Of a stretch of DNA of 64,000 nucleotides, positions 23,299 through 33,201 are shown in pieces. This DNA is from an uncultured bacterium (GTDB taxonomy: Bacteria; Bacillota_I; Bacilli_A; RF39; UBA660), in assembly GCA_948433885.1 (NCBI GenBank), contig CAOJEC010000003.1:5184-69183 (forward strand), written 5' to 3'. The notes under the pieces are model-generated. The model saw only the letters and a program-made list of their open reading frames with translations, did no database searches and had not been told where the DNA came from. Made by a program: the position numbers and the translations under genes. Numbering within the stretch: position 1 is the stretch's first letter; the number at the start of each line of letters is the position of its first letter.

Positions 23299-25929
23299 TC
23301 AAACTGCTTGATAAGGATCCGTCATAATACCTGTTCCTCTCAAGGTTTTCACGTAATCTGCACTTAAATTTACGACCGGTGCTACGTCACCATTAATATT
23401 GACATCCGTAGCAGCATTGAAATTACCGTTATACATCATAATGAAAACAACAGCACTACCGTAATATAGATGAGAAGGCGAGAGCGACCAATAATTTGAT
23501 CCTCTATATAAATAATAACTTTTATTGTCTGTATAATATTTTCCTGATCCTGCAGCTACTATTTCATCTGCTGTTATTAACCCTACTGGATATGTCAATG
23601 CCCCATTTCCTTTATTCGTGTCATTCACTGTAAATGCGTCGTTCTTTTGTGGACATTTGAAGGTTGGTGTTACTCCTGTATATCCACTGAATGATACTCT
23701 CATTCTTGCATTAGCTCCGTACGCTGTTGCTTGCGTTCCATACCCTAGTCCTGTATCACTACTCCAACCTGTTGATGCCTTTCCTGGTGTGCTTCTATCA
23801 TTACAAAACAATGTATCTGATACTGCATTTCCATAACCTTTATCAGCTATATTTGCCTTGTACCATGCATCTACTACTCCTTTGATTGTCGAGTCTGCTA
23901 TATTAGTTTGTGCTTGTACTTTACTTGTACTTGCTGTCGATCCTGAAGGTCCATACATCCACCCTAGATATTTGTTGTCGTTATAATTTGTGTTGTATGC
24001 AGTACCTCCAATAAAGCTATTAGAACTGCTTGCTCCATTCGCATGGCTTTGTGTTCCATCGTACATTATTCTTAAAGACCCATCTCCATTGACTCGGATG
24101 ATCCTCCAATAGAATCCTGCAAATTTGACATAATTATTTGTCACTGCTCCTCGATAGTAATAACTTGTCCCATAGTCGTCTTCCATCTCGAAGACTCCTT
24201 CTGCTGTCGTTGCTGGATCATCGAAGCCATTCTTCACACCATTTGAAGTAATGTTCAAAGTCGCTAGAGTCTCTTTCGCAGGATCTTTCTTCTTCCAATG
24301 TGCAAACAATGTTTGATTTCCAGTTATAGATACTTTTGTCGAAGATGTCACTTGTGTTCCTCCACTAGTCGCGGTGAACCATCCTAAGAATTCATAACCT
24401 AGGTATGTAGGTGTTGGAAGTGTTCCATATGTAGAATCATATGTTACTGTCTTGCTTCCTGTTGGAGTTGTTCCTCCGTTTGGATTGAATGTTACACTGA
24501 AGGTCTTCGGTGTGTAGTTCGCCGTGACAGTCGCATTGCCATTTCCCATTGTGAAGTTGTTACCATTTACTGTTCCGCTCGTCGAACTCCAATTTGCAAA
24601 GTTGTATCCTGTCTTCACAGGTACATTCAACGTTTTTGTTGAGCCATAATACATACTTTGTGTTGTCTCTCCACCGTATGTTCCTCCATTGGCATTGATT
24701 GTCAATGTATATTGGTTTCTTGCATAATTGTAATCTATCTTATTTTGTACTGGTGGATACACTGTCTCTGCTTTTATAATTAAACTTTGGAATGCTGGAC
24801 TAGTGAACCCTATATATGTCTTAACTTCAGGAGTGACTGTCGTACCATAAGCTGCTTCCCCTTCATCGGTGTCGGCACTTACTAAGGTATATCCTGTTCC
24901 ACTCACGTTCATTTGATGATGATATACGATGTACTTGTAGTCGTTTACTTGCCAATTTGCTGTTAGAGTCGAATTCTTCGCTTCACTCATAGTGAATTTT
25001 GTGCCTTCTAAAGTTCCTCCATTCACTGTCCAACCAGTGAAGGTGTAACCAACTCTCGTCGGATTCGATATTTCTATCGAAGAATTGAAATCTATATTTT
25101 GATTAGTCTCTTCACCATACGTTCCACCATTCGCATCGATCGTAAGTTGATATTGTTTAACTTCCCACCTGGCAACTAACTCAGCATCACTTATTCCCAT
25201 CGTGAACAAGTTGTCTTCTATACTTAAAGATACCCCTTTGATATCCCATCCTACAAATGTGTAACCTGCTCTCGTCGGACTTTCGATAGTCTTTGTCTCT
25301 TCGTTCTTTAGTAAGTATTCTTGTGGTGAAGCGTATTCTCCCCATGTACCTCCATTTGGATCTATTCTAAGTCTGTAATATCTGTATTTCAAAGGTTGTC
25401 CTACGTCGAATGAGGTATTGAATATTGCATCTAAATCATCGGATTGATCAATATCGGGTAAATTGTTCAATGTTATTTCTAAGTTGTAATAATAAGTTTC
25501 TCCTACAGGTACCGATAGTTCACTTGCCATCGTTTGAGTAAGTGGTGTCGAAGACGTTGGAACATTGCTAGATGGTAGTATTTCTTTGTATTCACCATCT
25601 TCTTCGGCACTATAAGTAAGTCTAAAAGTGAGACTATCATTCAAATAGGTATTAATCATATTATTCCAGTCTAAACTGAGAGATGCCTCCGCTGTACCAG
25701 TATTCTCGATCAAGAACTTCTTGGTGACTGTCTCTCCAAAACCTAGTTCAGCGTCTATACCATTGTCATTATCCGCGAACCTTAAAGAAAGAGTTGCCAT
25801 CGACAAAGAAGTATCCTGTTTTTGGGTTGTACCTGTTGCCGTGAAATAAGCATATGATACTGCTCCTATTATAGTGATAATCATCAATGCAATAACTATT
25901 GTATATAACGTTTTGGTTTTCTTATTCAT
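23299..25929 (-). CDS. 876-aa secreted protein with a SipW-type signal peptide, a TasA/camelysin-like domain, four Listeria-Bacteroides (Flg_new-type) repeats and an unassigned C-terminal domain
   Basis: The start is the ATG at 25929 with AGGAGTG upstream. The N-terminus MNKKTKTLYTIVIALMIITIIGAVSYAYFTATGT...SMATLSL parallels TasA/CalY (GGGTFAFFSD...AAGTLDL). The repeats carry the motifs IDPNGGTW...GYTFVGW, IDANGGTY...GYTFTGW, INANGGTY...GYNFANW and FNPNGGT...GYEFLGW. The C-terminal ~330 aa contains FYWRIIRVNGDGS, YWSLSP and VAPVVNL. Confidence 0.8.
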   Translation of the reverse strand: MNKKTKTLYTIVIALMIITIIGAVSYAYFTATGTTQKQDTSLSMATLSLRFADNDNGIDAELGFGETVTKKFLIENTGTAEASLSLDWNNMINTYLNDSLTFRLTYSAEEDGEYKEILPSSNVPTSSTPLTQTMASELSVPVGETYYYNLEITLNNLPDIDQSDDLDAIFNTSFDVGQPLKYRYYRLRIDPNGGTWGEYASPQEYLLKNEETKTIESPTRAGYTFVGWDIKGVSLSIEDNLFTMGISDAELVARWEVKQYQLTIDANGGTYGEETNQNIDFNSSIEISNPTRVGYTFTGWTVNGGTLEGTKFTMSEAKNSTLTANWQVNDYKYIVYHHQMNVSGTGYTLVSADTDEGEAAYGTTVTPEVKTYIGFTSPAFQSLIIKAETVYPPVQNKIDYNYARNQYTLTINANGGTYGGETTQSMYYGSTKTLNVPVKTGYNFANWSSTSGTVNGNNFTMGNGNATVTANYTPKTFSVTFNPNGGTTPTGSKTVTYDSTYGTLPTPTYLGYEFLGWFTATSGGTQVTSSTKVSITGNQTLFAHWKKKDPAKETLATLNITSNGVKNGFDDPATTAEGVFEMEDDYGTSYYYRGAVTNNYVKFAGFYWRIIRVNGDGSLRIMYDGTQSHANGASSSNSFIGGTAYNTNYNDNKYLGWMYGPSGSTASTSKVQAQTNIADSTIKGVVDAWYKANIADKGYGNAVSDTLFCNDRSTPGKASTGWSSDTGLGYGTQATAYGANARMRVSFSGYTGVTPTFKCPQKNDAFTVNDTNKGNGALTYPVGLITADEIVAAGSGKYYTDNKSYYLYRGSNYWSLSPSHLYYGSAVVFIMMYNGNFNAATDVNINGDVAPVVNLSADYVKTLRGTGIMTDPYQAV

Positions 25930-26058
25930 ATTGTCACTCCTAACTGATTTTTGACACATTAAAGACTGGCGCTTCCACCCTTTTTTGCTTTTAATAGACA
26001 TTAGAATATTCTCTTTTTCTACTGAGATAATCTTCGTCTACTATATCTTATACTTGAG

Positions 26059-26089
26059 ATTATACCCCCCCCCCCGAGCTTTTTGTCAA
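26059..26089 (-). promoter_or_regulatory. Consensus sigma-A promoter (TTGACA-19 nt-TATAAT) with a G11 tract in the spacer
   Basis: The minus strand reads cTTGACAaaagctcGGGGGGGGGGGTATAATctc. The -35 is at 26089-26084 and the -10 at 26064-26059. It lies ~130 nt upstream of the ATG at 25929. Confidence 0.75.
26065..26075. repeat. Homopolymeric C11/G11 tract
   Basis: I counted it directly. It is the only long G/C run I saw in this AT-rich window. Confidence 0.95.
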
Positions 26090-26090
26090 G

Positions 26091-26118
26091 AAAAAAAACA
26101 CACTTTTTTCTGTGTTTT
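26091..26118 (-). terminator. Weak AU-rich hairpin terminator after the second ABC gene
   Basis: The minus strand reads aaaacaca-gaaaaaag-tgtgtttt followed by tttt. It overlaps the stop codon. Confidence 0.4.
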
Positions 26119-28547
26119 TAATCTACATCTGTACGAGATAAAATCTCTGCAGGCGTTTTCCTGATCGTTGAATACACCGGAACTAATCCGACGAAAATAT
26201 TGAGCAAATATAATAGAATTATTGCTACGAACGCGACGAATGGATTCATCACGAACATGTTTCCAAAAAACGATATTGATGCAACTTCTTTCATGATAGA
26301 TCCCATCAAGATAACTCCTGGAAGTCCTGCAAACGTCGTTATGACGACGATCTCTCCTAAGAACATCTTATAAATGTCTTTCTTTTTTACACCGATAGCT
26401 CTATAAATACCGACTTCTTTAATTCTAGATAAGAATGATGCTCTTATTATCAAGAATATTTCGATAAAGCTTATAGCTAAAAGCACTCCGGCCAAAATCA
26501 AGGCTTCGATAATACTATTTTCGACTTGATCGATATAGTTCTCTCTAAGATTTTCGTAATTGTCTTTTGCGGCATATCCCTTCTCTTGAAGAGTATTTAT
26601 CATGGCTTTTTTATCGTCCGCTGCAATGAGCATGTGTGGATTTTTTATAATGATGTTGTATTTATAAGTGTTCGCATTGACTAGATATTCATCAAGTCCA
26701 TCATTTGAAGAATAATACCCAACTACTTTGAGTTCTTTACCGTCCAATTTGAAATCGATAGCTTTTCCAATTGGCATTAGATTTTTATTTGCTATATTGA
26801 CTATGACTTCATAATTGTCGATAGGCCAACTGCCTTCTTTTAAAACTATATCGTCCTTGCGATCTTCATATTTTTCTATTCTTACCGCTGACTCTACTAT
26901 TTCATCTTGACTAGTACTTGTACTAAGAAAAGTATTATCGAGGATGTCGATCATAACGTCTTCATAAAAGTAAATACAAGGATCTTTCGTATCACTAATA
27001 CCGACGATTTTAAAAGTCATATCACCTTTAATCATGTCTAAATCGATGAAATCTTCGTAATCGTGTATATCTAACATCTCGATAGTAATATCTTCTTCTT
27101 TAGCGCGATCGATGACGAACTTGTCGATGACGATCTCATTAGAATTCGAAGGATATTTACCATAGACGATATTTTCCTCTTTCAGCAAGTTTATGCTCGC
27201 AAGTGATCCTGTTATTCTTTTTGGAACGTCGGTTAATTGCCATATTTTAGGATTGCTGATAAACATATTTACTATGGAATCGCCAGGAATGACATACTTG
27301 ACACCTGCTAATTTTTCGATACTGAGATAATCTTCTATCTTGTTTGCTTTATTCTCGATAGAAATGTACTCTCTATGAGCAGTCAAGAAATTCTCATCTT
27401 TGATATTGGTCACTCCGAACATACTAGACAGTGCATACGTGATAAATATTGCTGAGAAGAAAAATCCTAACAACAATATCTTTTTCATTTTAGAGTAATT
27501 TAGGACTTTTTTTAGACCCGTTTTCAACATCGTAAACGTATTGTATATAGACGAATATCTAATCTTATCTTCAAATTTCAATTTACTCATGTCGTATTCT
27601 TTGGAATCGAAATCGTCTTGTTTGATCTTCTTATAATGGTCGTCGACAAACTCGATAGCCGAATTTTCGTCGACAACTTCTATTTTGACATTATCGTCCC
27701 CTTTTATATAGACGTTGCCATTTTTGACGACTATATCGAAATGCATTTTTTCTTTTTTATCAGAATAGATCACCACCTCAGAATCACAGCCTGCAGCTTT
27801 TTCGACGTTCTCAAAATCTTTCAAATATATCTTATTATCTATTCTATAATCCAATTCATTCTCGTGATCATTTTTTAAATCGGATACAATTTTTCCATCG
27901 ACTAAATTTATTATTCGAGAAGCATAAAAGTGCGCCAAATCTCTTTCATGAGTTACCAAAATGACGAGTTTTTCTTGAGAAATTTTCTTTATGATGTTCA
28001 TTATTTCGATAGTATTCTTAGAATCCAAATTGCCTGTCGGTTCGTCGGCGATTATTACATCTGGATTTTTGACCAAAGCACGTGCTATACCTACTCTTTG
28101 TCTTTGTCCACCTGACAAATATCCGGCGAGTTTGTCTTTATATCGATACATGTCTACTGCATTCAATATGTAGTCTACACTATATCTTATTTCGCTCATG
28201 TTTTTGATTCCTATCATCTTTAAAGATAACGCGACATTTTCGAAGACAGTCAAATTATCCACCAAATTGTAGTCTTGAAAAATATATCCTATCTTCAATA
28301 CGCGAATTTTATCCTTACGATTATTTCCATTTCTAGCCATCTTTTCTCCATCGATGATGATCTCACCAGAGTTCACTTTATCGAGTCCACCGATAGCATT
28401 CAACAAAGTAGTTTTACCTGAGCCTGAAGGACCTAGCAATGCGACTAATCCGGTCTCGTCCAATTCCAATGAAGTGTTATCGATGACATGAATCTCGTTT
28501 TTCTTATGACGAAAGAAATACTTATTTACATTCTTTAAAGTTATCAT
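26118..28547 (-). CDS. MacB-type fused ABC transporter: N-terminal ATPase plus FtsX-like permease with a large extracytoplasmic domain (809 aa)
   Basis: Walker [10 protein letters not shown], signature LSGGQRQR, Walker [12 protein letters not shown]. One transmembrane segment at about aa 355, a ~320-aa hydrophilic domain, then three C-terminal transmembrane segments with an FtsX-like pattern ([12 protein letters not shown]). Confidence 0.85.
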   Translation of the reverse strand: MITLKNVNKYFFRHKKNEIHVIDNTSLELDETGLVALLGPSGSGKTTLLNAIGGLDKVNSGEIIIDGEKMARNGNNRKDKIRVLKIGYIFQDYNLVDNLTVFENVALSLKMIGIKNMSEIRYSVDYILNAVDMYRYKDKLAGYLSGGQRQRVGIARALVKNPDVIIADEPTGNLDSKNTIEIMNIIKKISQEKLVILVTHERDLAHFYASRIINLVDGKIVSDLKNDHENELDYRIDNKIYLKDFENVEKAAGCDSEVVIYSDKKEKMHFDIVVKNGNVYIKGDDNVKIEVVDENSAIEFVDDHYKKIKQDDFDSKEYDMSKLKFEDKIRYSSIYNTFTMLKTGLKKVLNYSKMKKILLLGFFFSAIFITYALSSMFGVTNIKDENFLTAHREYISIENKANKIEDYLSIEKLAGVKYVIPGDSIVNMFISNPKIWQLTDVPKRITGSLASINLLKEENIVYGKYPSNSNEIVIDKFVIDRAKEEDITIEMLDIHDYEDFIDLDMIKGDMTFKIVGISDTKDPCIYFYEDVMIDILDNTFLSTSTSQDEIVESAVRIEKYEDRKDDIVLKEGSWPIDNYEVIVNIANKNLMPIGKAIDFKLDGKELKVVGYYSSNDGLDEYLVNANTYKYNIIIKNPHMLIAADDKKAMINTLQEKGYAAKDNYENLRENYIDQVENSIIEALILAGVLLAISFIEIFLIIRASFLSRIKEVGIYRAIGVKKKDIYKMFLGEIVVITTFAGLPGVILMGSIMKEVASISFFGNMFVMNPFVAFVAIILLYLLNIFVGLVPVYSTIRKTPAEILSRTDVD

Positions 28548-28549
28548 CC

Positions 28550-30760
28550 TTACACTTCCTCTCTATATGTATTCATTACCGAATCTTTGAACAATTTATG
28601 TGCATATCTATTCGAAATGCATAGACTCATCAAAGTCAATACTAAATAAACCATGACATAATCTTTAAATGTGAAGAATTTGACCATATCGCTTATAAAT
28701 TTCCACGATATAACATCGATCCTAGTCAAATACGTTAAGACTAGAAATACTAAGAAGGCAACATTTATGTCGACTAATAGTTCTATATTCAATAAACTGT
28801 TCGATACTTTTTTAGTCGCGCCCAAAATTCTGATCGTAGAAAAGTATACATTGCGAGATTTTAATATTATCTTTATTATGAAATAACTGATGAAAAACAA
28901 AGCAGCTGTCGCGATTATGAATATAACATTTCTAAATATTTTGATTATTCCCATAATCTGCTCATTCATATTCACTAGATTATCTTTCATGAAGTAATAA
29001 TCGTAACCTGTATCTTCTAAAAATTTTAAAGTTTCATCCGCCTTGAGCAAATCGTCCAAAAATAAACTGATTTGATAATCTCCTTTTTCGAACAACCTAG
29101 CATAATCGTTCGTATTTAAGAACACTACATCGGCAACTTCTTCGTATGAATTGGCTTCCACAAAATTTTTGTAGTTTTCCTTATTTATCAAATTTGCAAT
29201 TTTTAGTTCCATTTCTTCTGTATAGTATATATTTGAAGTAGACACATTCAAAAGGGATTCGACACAATCGTAATTTTTACAAGCATTACTCCAAACAGCA
29301 GGAATGAAAACTTCTCCTTCCTTTACCTTGGAACTCGTTCGCACCATGACGGCATCATTAGAAATCATTCCCGGATTTCTATCGTCTATCTCGAAAGAGA
29401 TTTTATTCTTTTTATTCGTAATCATCGTTTTGATATCTTCGAACATTTTATCGGAAATGTAAACCGTGACCCCATCGTCGTCACTATCATTGTAAACGAC
29501 ACCACTTATCTCGACTTTAAAAATATTATCGATGTTCTCTAATTGTAAATTGTAGCTTTTTGTGAAAAATTCATCTAAATAATATTTGATATAGGAATCT
29601 TTATATGATTCGACGACTATTTCATTATTTGCTTTTCCCAATTCCCCTTCATCAACATGATCGAGTTCATTTTTTCTTTTGAAAGAAACCATCGAATAAA
29701 ACGAATAATGCTCATCATATATTGTTCCATTTGCATCCAACATCAAATCGTCTTTTTCAATAAAATCTACATTTTCTACATTTCTTAATTTTTCGATTTC
29801 CTCTTCAGTAAATGCTGTTTTGTCTTTTTTATTGACTACAACGCGTTCGGGATCGTTTACGTAGAATAGAGAGTTGTACCCACCCAATGAATTCGAAAAA
29901 TCTTGCTTTTGGATATTGGAATACTCTGAGAAAACCAATAAAGTCAAAAAGAAATATACCGCGAACAAAAGAGCAAATTTGGTCTTTATATTGAACGCAT
30001 TTCTGAATCCCAATTTGAGTTTATTTTTAAAGATCAAATCGTCATACGAGACGAGCTCAGCATCACATTTTTCATAAGATTTCAACTTTTTGTCTTCGAT
30101 AATCTTACCATCGCTCATGGAAATCTTTCTCGTCGCATATTCTTCGACTTGATCGTAGTTATGAGTGACTATTACTACCAATTTTTTCTTAGATATTTCA
30201 CTTAGAAGTTTCAATATACTTTTTGCACTTTTCACGTCCAAATTACCGGTTGGTTCATCTGCGACGATGATAGGTGTATCTTTGGCCAATGCTCGCGCAA
30301 TCGCCACGCGTTGTTTTTGCCCTCCCGACAACTTCGATGCCTTGGTATTTTTGTACTTCTTCAAACCGACGACATCTATTATCTCGTCGACCTTTTTCTT
30401 TATTGCGCGTTCATCACAACCGTTTAAAAGAAGCACTAATTCGACGTTTTGTCTAACCGTATAACTATTTACTAAATTGAAGTGTTGGAATATGTTTCCT
30501 ATGTAAGTTCTACGATAATTTTCATAATCTATCTCCGTATAATGACTCGTTTCCTCGCCATCTATGTACATTTCTCCTTCTTCATAAGAATCTAGTCCTG
30601 AAATGACATTCAACAAAGTCGATTTACCACTTCCAGATTCTCCTGTGATGACGACAAACTCGCCCATTTCTAAATCCAAATTTATTCTACTAAATCCTGT
30701 AGAAATAGATTTCTTATTGCGATAAAACTTCGAAACATTCTTAAGTGAAATTATACTCAT
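28550..30760 (-). CDS. MacB-type fused ABC transporter paralogue (736 aa)
   Basis: Walker A GESGSGKST, signature LSGGQKQR, Walker [12 protein letters not shown]. Its topology matches the downstream paralogue. Its start codon abuts the ttcA stop. Confidence 0.85.
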   Translation of the reverse strand: MSIISLKNVSKFYRNKKSISTGFSRINLDLEMGEFVVITGESGSGKSTLLNVISGLDSYEEGEMYIDGEETSHYTEIDYENYRRTYIGNIFQHFNLVNSYTVRQNVELVLLLNGCDERAIKKKVDEIIDVVGLKKYKNTKASKLSGGQKQRVAIARALAKDTPIIVADEPTGNLDVKSAKSILKLLSEISKKKLVVIVTHNYDQVEEYATRKISMSDGKIIEDKKLKSYEKCDAELVSYDDLIFKNKLKLGFRNAFNIKTKFALLFAVYFFLTLLVFSEYSNIQKQDFSNSLGGYNSLFYVNDPERVVVNKKDKTAFTEEEIEKLRNVENVDFIEKDDLMLDANGTIYDEHYSFYSMVSFKRKNELDHVDEGELGKANNEIVVESYKDSYIKYYLDEFFTKSYNLQLENIDNIFKVEISGVVYNDSDDDGVTVYISDKMFEDIKTMITNKKNKISFEIDDRNPGMISNDAVMVRTSSKVKEGEVFIPAVWSNACKNYDCVESLLNVSTSNIYYTEEMELKIANLINKENYKNFVEANSYEEVADVVFLNTNDYARLFEKGDYQISLFLDDLLKADETLKFLEDTGYDYYFMKDNLVNMNEQIMGIIKIFRNVIFIIATAALFFISYFIIKIILKSRNVYFSTIRILGATKKVSNSLLNIELLVDINVAFLVFLVLTYLTRIDVISWKFISDMVKFFTFKDYVMVYLVLTLMSLCISNRYAHKLFKDSVMNTYREEV

Positions 30761-31591
30761 CTATTCATCTTCCTTTCCTTTAAATATATCGTTAAAATCG
30801 CGATATATGTCCTTATATTTGTATCCTAAAATACATTCCAAATTTACGTTTTCCATGCTTTTATATATATTGTGATCGATATTCTCATCTATTTTTCTAA
30901 AACTCTCGATGAGCTTTTTGATTTCTATTCTCTTTCCTGCATCGTGTTCAGGACGTTTCGTAAAATCGCATGCACAATTGATAAATTCCAACTTATTGAA
31001 ACGTACCCAATTCAAAATATCTCGTTCCTTTATCAAAGTCATAGGTCTTATCAATTGTAGTCCGTCGTAATTCGAACTTGTCACCTTCGGTACCATCGTC
31101 TTGATTTCGGCTCCATACAACATGGAAAGTAAAGTTGTTTCTATGACGTCGTCGAAATGATGTCCCAAAGCAATTTTATTGCAACCTAATTCTCGCGCCT
31201 TGTCGTATAAATACCCACGCCTCATCCGAGCACACATATAACATGGACTATCTTTAGCTATCTTCGAAATGACCTTGAAAATATCGGTTTCGAATACTTC
31301 GATATCCAAATTCAATATTTTCGCATTTTCTTCGATTTTTTCTCTCGCCTGTTTTTCGTATCCCGGATCCATGACCACATACTTTAACTCGAAAGGAAAT
31401 TCTCCATGCTTCGCTAATTCTTCCAAAAGTTTAGCTAACAAAAACGAATCCTTTCCTCCAGAAATACAAACCATGATCTTGTCGCCTTCTTCGATGAGAT
31501 TGTAATCCTTGACACCTTTTACGAATTTGGCCCATATTTCCTTACGATAAGTTTTGATGATACTTCGTTCGATTTCTTTATATTTTTCCAT
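30761..31591 (-). CDS. ttcA: tRNA 2-thiocytidine biosynthesis protein TtcA-like PP-loop ATPase
   Basis: IEEGDKIMVCISGGKDS PP-loop and Cys motifs (CYMCARMRRG, CACDF). Confidence 0.75.
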   Translation of the reverse strand: MEKYKEIERSIIKTYRKEIWAKFVKGVKDYNLIEEGDKIMVCISGGKDSFLLAKLLEELAKHGEFPFELKYVVMDPGYEKQAREKIEENAKILNLDIEVFETDIFKVISKIAKDSPCYMCARMRRGYLYDKARELGCNKIALGHHFDDVIETTLLSMLYGAEIKTMVPKVTSSNYDGLQLIRPMTLIKERDILNWVRFNKLEFINCACDFTKRPEHDAGKRIEIKKLIESFRKIDENIDHNIYKSMENVNLECILGYKYKDIYRDFNDIFKGKEDE

Positions 31592-31807
31592 ATCGACTCT
31601 CCCATCTAATTCGTTTTAAGAGTACCATAAAGTGACTACCTTTGCAATAAACAAAAAAGTAAATTTTACAACACAAAAAGTTAAAAATTGTTTCGAACAC
31701 CAGGCAATTATGAATAATTGGAAAAACTTTTTCAAAAATTCGATTCCAAAAATTATTTTTTGTAGATAAAAAAATGAAGATCGCATCTCCATTTCATTCT
31801 TCACTAT

Positions 31808-32533
31808 TTAGCAGTGATTATCACATGTCGTATCGTTGTTCTCGACGACTTCTTTTATCAAGTTTTCGAAAATCACTTCTAGTTCACTTCTTTGAACATC
31901 ACTCAAGTCGTCAAATGGACTTTGAGTATCTCCGAGCTCTACCGACCCCGTATGAGCACTTACGACCTTGCCATTTCTAACGCCGACGACCAAAGGAAGA
32001 TATATTCTCTTCTCGGGCACTACATGTTCTACACCATCGTCATCTTTGATCGAATAGTTTTCCAAATGCTCGTCCAACAATTCCAACAATCTATAATAGT
32101 CTTGGTCTGCTTGTTCGGTCTCTACAGGTTTATTATCTTTGACTTCATAAGTATTTCGTTTGCCTGTCATGTCTACGTATAGGACATTTTCTAAACAAGA
32201 ACAATCGATCTTTTTTAGAAGTGACGGAACGATACTTCTACACCAAGGACAATCAGGGGCTCCAAAATACACAACTCCAGTTCCTTCGGCCAACAGTGCA
32301 ACCGCATCTTCTAAAGTACCGTACTTTACCTTGTTATCTTTATCTATACTCAATTTTTGATACGTTTGTCCTGTACTCGACTTTTCTCCGTTCAATTTCT
32401 CATATTCTTCTTTGAATTTAGCCGCGTCCATCGATCTAGGTTTAAATATCATAATTCCTACTAGCAATATTAAAAGTCCCGCGATGACTCCACCGATTAT
32501 ATAATGTTGCCGTTCCAATTTAATTTTTTTCAT
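31808..32533 (-). CDS. Membrane-anchored thioredoxin-fold protein (CPWC)
   Basis: An N-terminal transmembrane segment and a GAPDCPWC active-site-like motif. The start is ambiguous (32533 or 32539). Confidence 0.6.
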   Translation of the reverse strand: MKKIKLERQHYIIGGVIAGLLILLVGIMIFKPRSMDAAKFKEEYEKLNGEKSSTGQTYQKLSIDKDNKVKYGTLEDAVALLAEGTGVVYFGAPDCPWCRSIVPSLLKKIDCSCLENVLYVDMTGKRNTYEVKDNKPVETEQADQDYYRLLELLDEHLENYSIKDDDGVEHVVPEKRIYLPLVVGVRNGKVVSAHTGSVELGDTQSPFDDLSDVQRSELEVIFENLIKEVVENNDTTCDNHC

Positions 32534-32538
32534 TTGCA

Positions 32539-33078
32539 TCAAACCTCCATAAGTTCGGCTTCTTTTTCTTTGATCTTTTCATCAATTACTTTGTTATATT
32601 TGTTTATGAGTTCTTGAATATCTTCCAAAACTCTCTTTTCTTCATCTTCGGGAAGTTCTTCGGCCTTGACTTTATTATTTCCATCTTGACGTATGTTTCT
32701 AAGTGCGACTTTCGTCTCTTCACCCATTGTCTTAGCCTGTTTGACATAGTCTCTTCTTTTCTCTTCGGTTAGTTCAGGCAAAGTCAAAATGACCATTTCT
32801 CCATTGTTCGTCGGATTGATACCCAAATTGGCCTCTTGAATAGCCTTTTCGATATCTTTTAATGTACTTCTATCGAAAGGTTTGACGAACAATTGTCTAG
32901 CTTCAGGTACTGTTATATTTGCCACTGCATTCAAAGCAGTCGGAGCCCCGTAATATTCGACCATTATTCCATTTAACATTCCCGGATTAGCGCGTCCTGC
33001 ACGAACAGTCGTAAGTCTTTTTTCCAAAGTCTCTATGGCTTCCTCCATTTTAAATTCTACATCATCTAAATGATTCAT
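32539..33078 (-). CDS. frr: Ribosome recycling factor
   Basis: The RAGRANPGMLNGIMVEYYG and ITVPEARQL motifs and ~180 aa. Confidence 0.9.
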   Translation of the reverse strand: MNHLDDVEFKMEEAIETLEKRLTTVRAGRANPGMLNGIMVEYYGAPTALNAVANITVPEARQLFVKPFDRSTLKDIEKAIQEANLGINPTNNGEMVILTLPELTEEKRRDYVKQAKTMGEETKVALRNIRQDGNNKVKAEELPEDEEKRVLEDIQELINKYNKVIDEKIKEKEAELMEV

Positions 33079-33107
33079 AATCAATAATTCACCTTTTCCT
33101 TGACAAT

Positions 33108-33137
33108 ATTATAATAAATAACGCACTACCTCGTCAA
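33108..33137 (-). promoter_or_regulatory. Sigma-A-type promoter for frr (TTGACG-18 nt-TATAAT)
   Basis: I read the hexamers on the minus strand: -35 at 33137-33132 and -10 at 33113-33108. Confidence 0.5.
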
Positions 33138-33201
33138 CCAAATTAAACAAAAAATGCACCCGCTGAGGTACACTTTGTTCATTCTTCTATCTGAGTTTGA
33201 C

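Noticed and set aside
31616-31804. 62-aa minus-strand ORF in the ttcA upstream intergenic region
   Set aside because: It has no Shine-Dalgarno sequence and a Phe/Ile/Lys-rich composition typical of a random AT-rich frame. It overlaps a terminator-like hairpin near 31771-31806.
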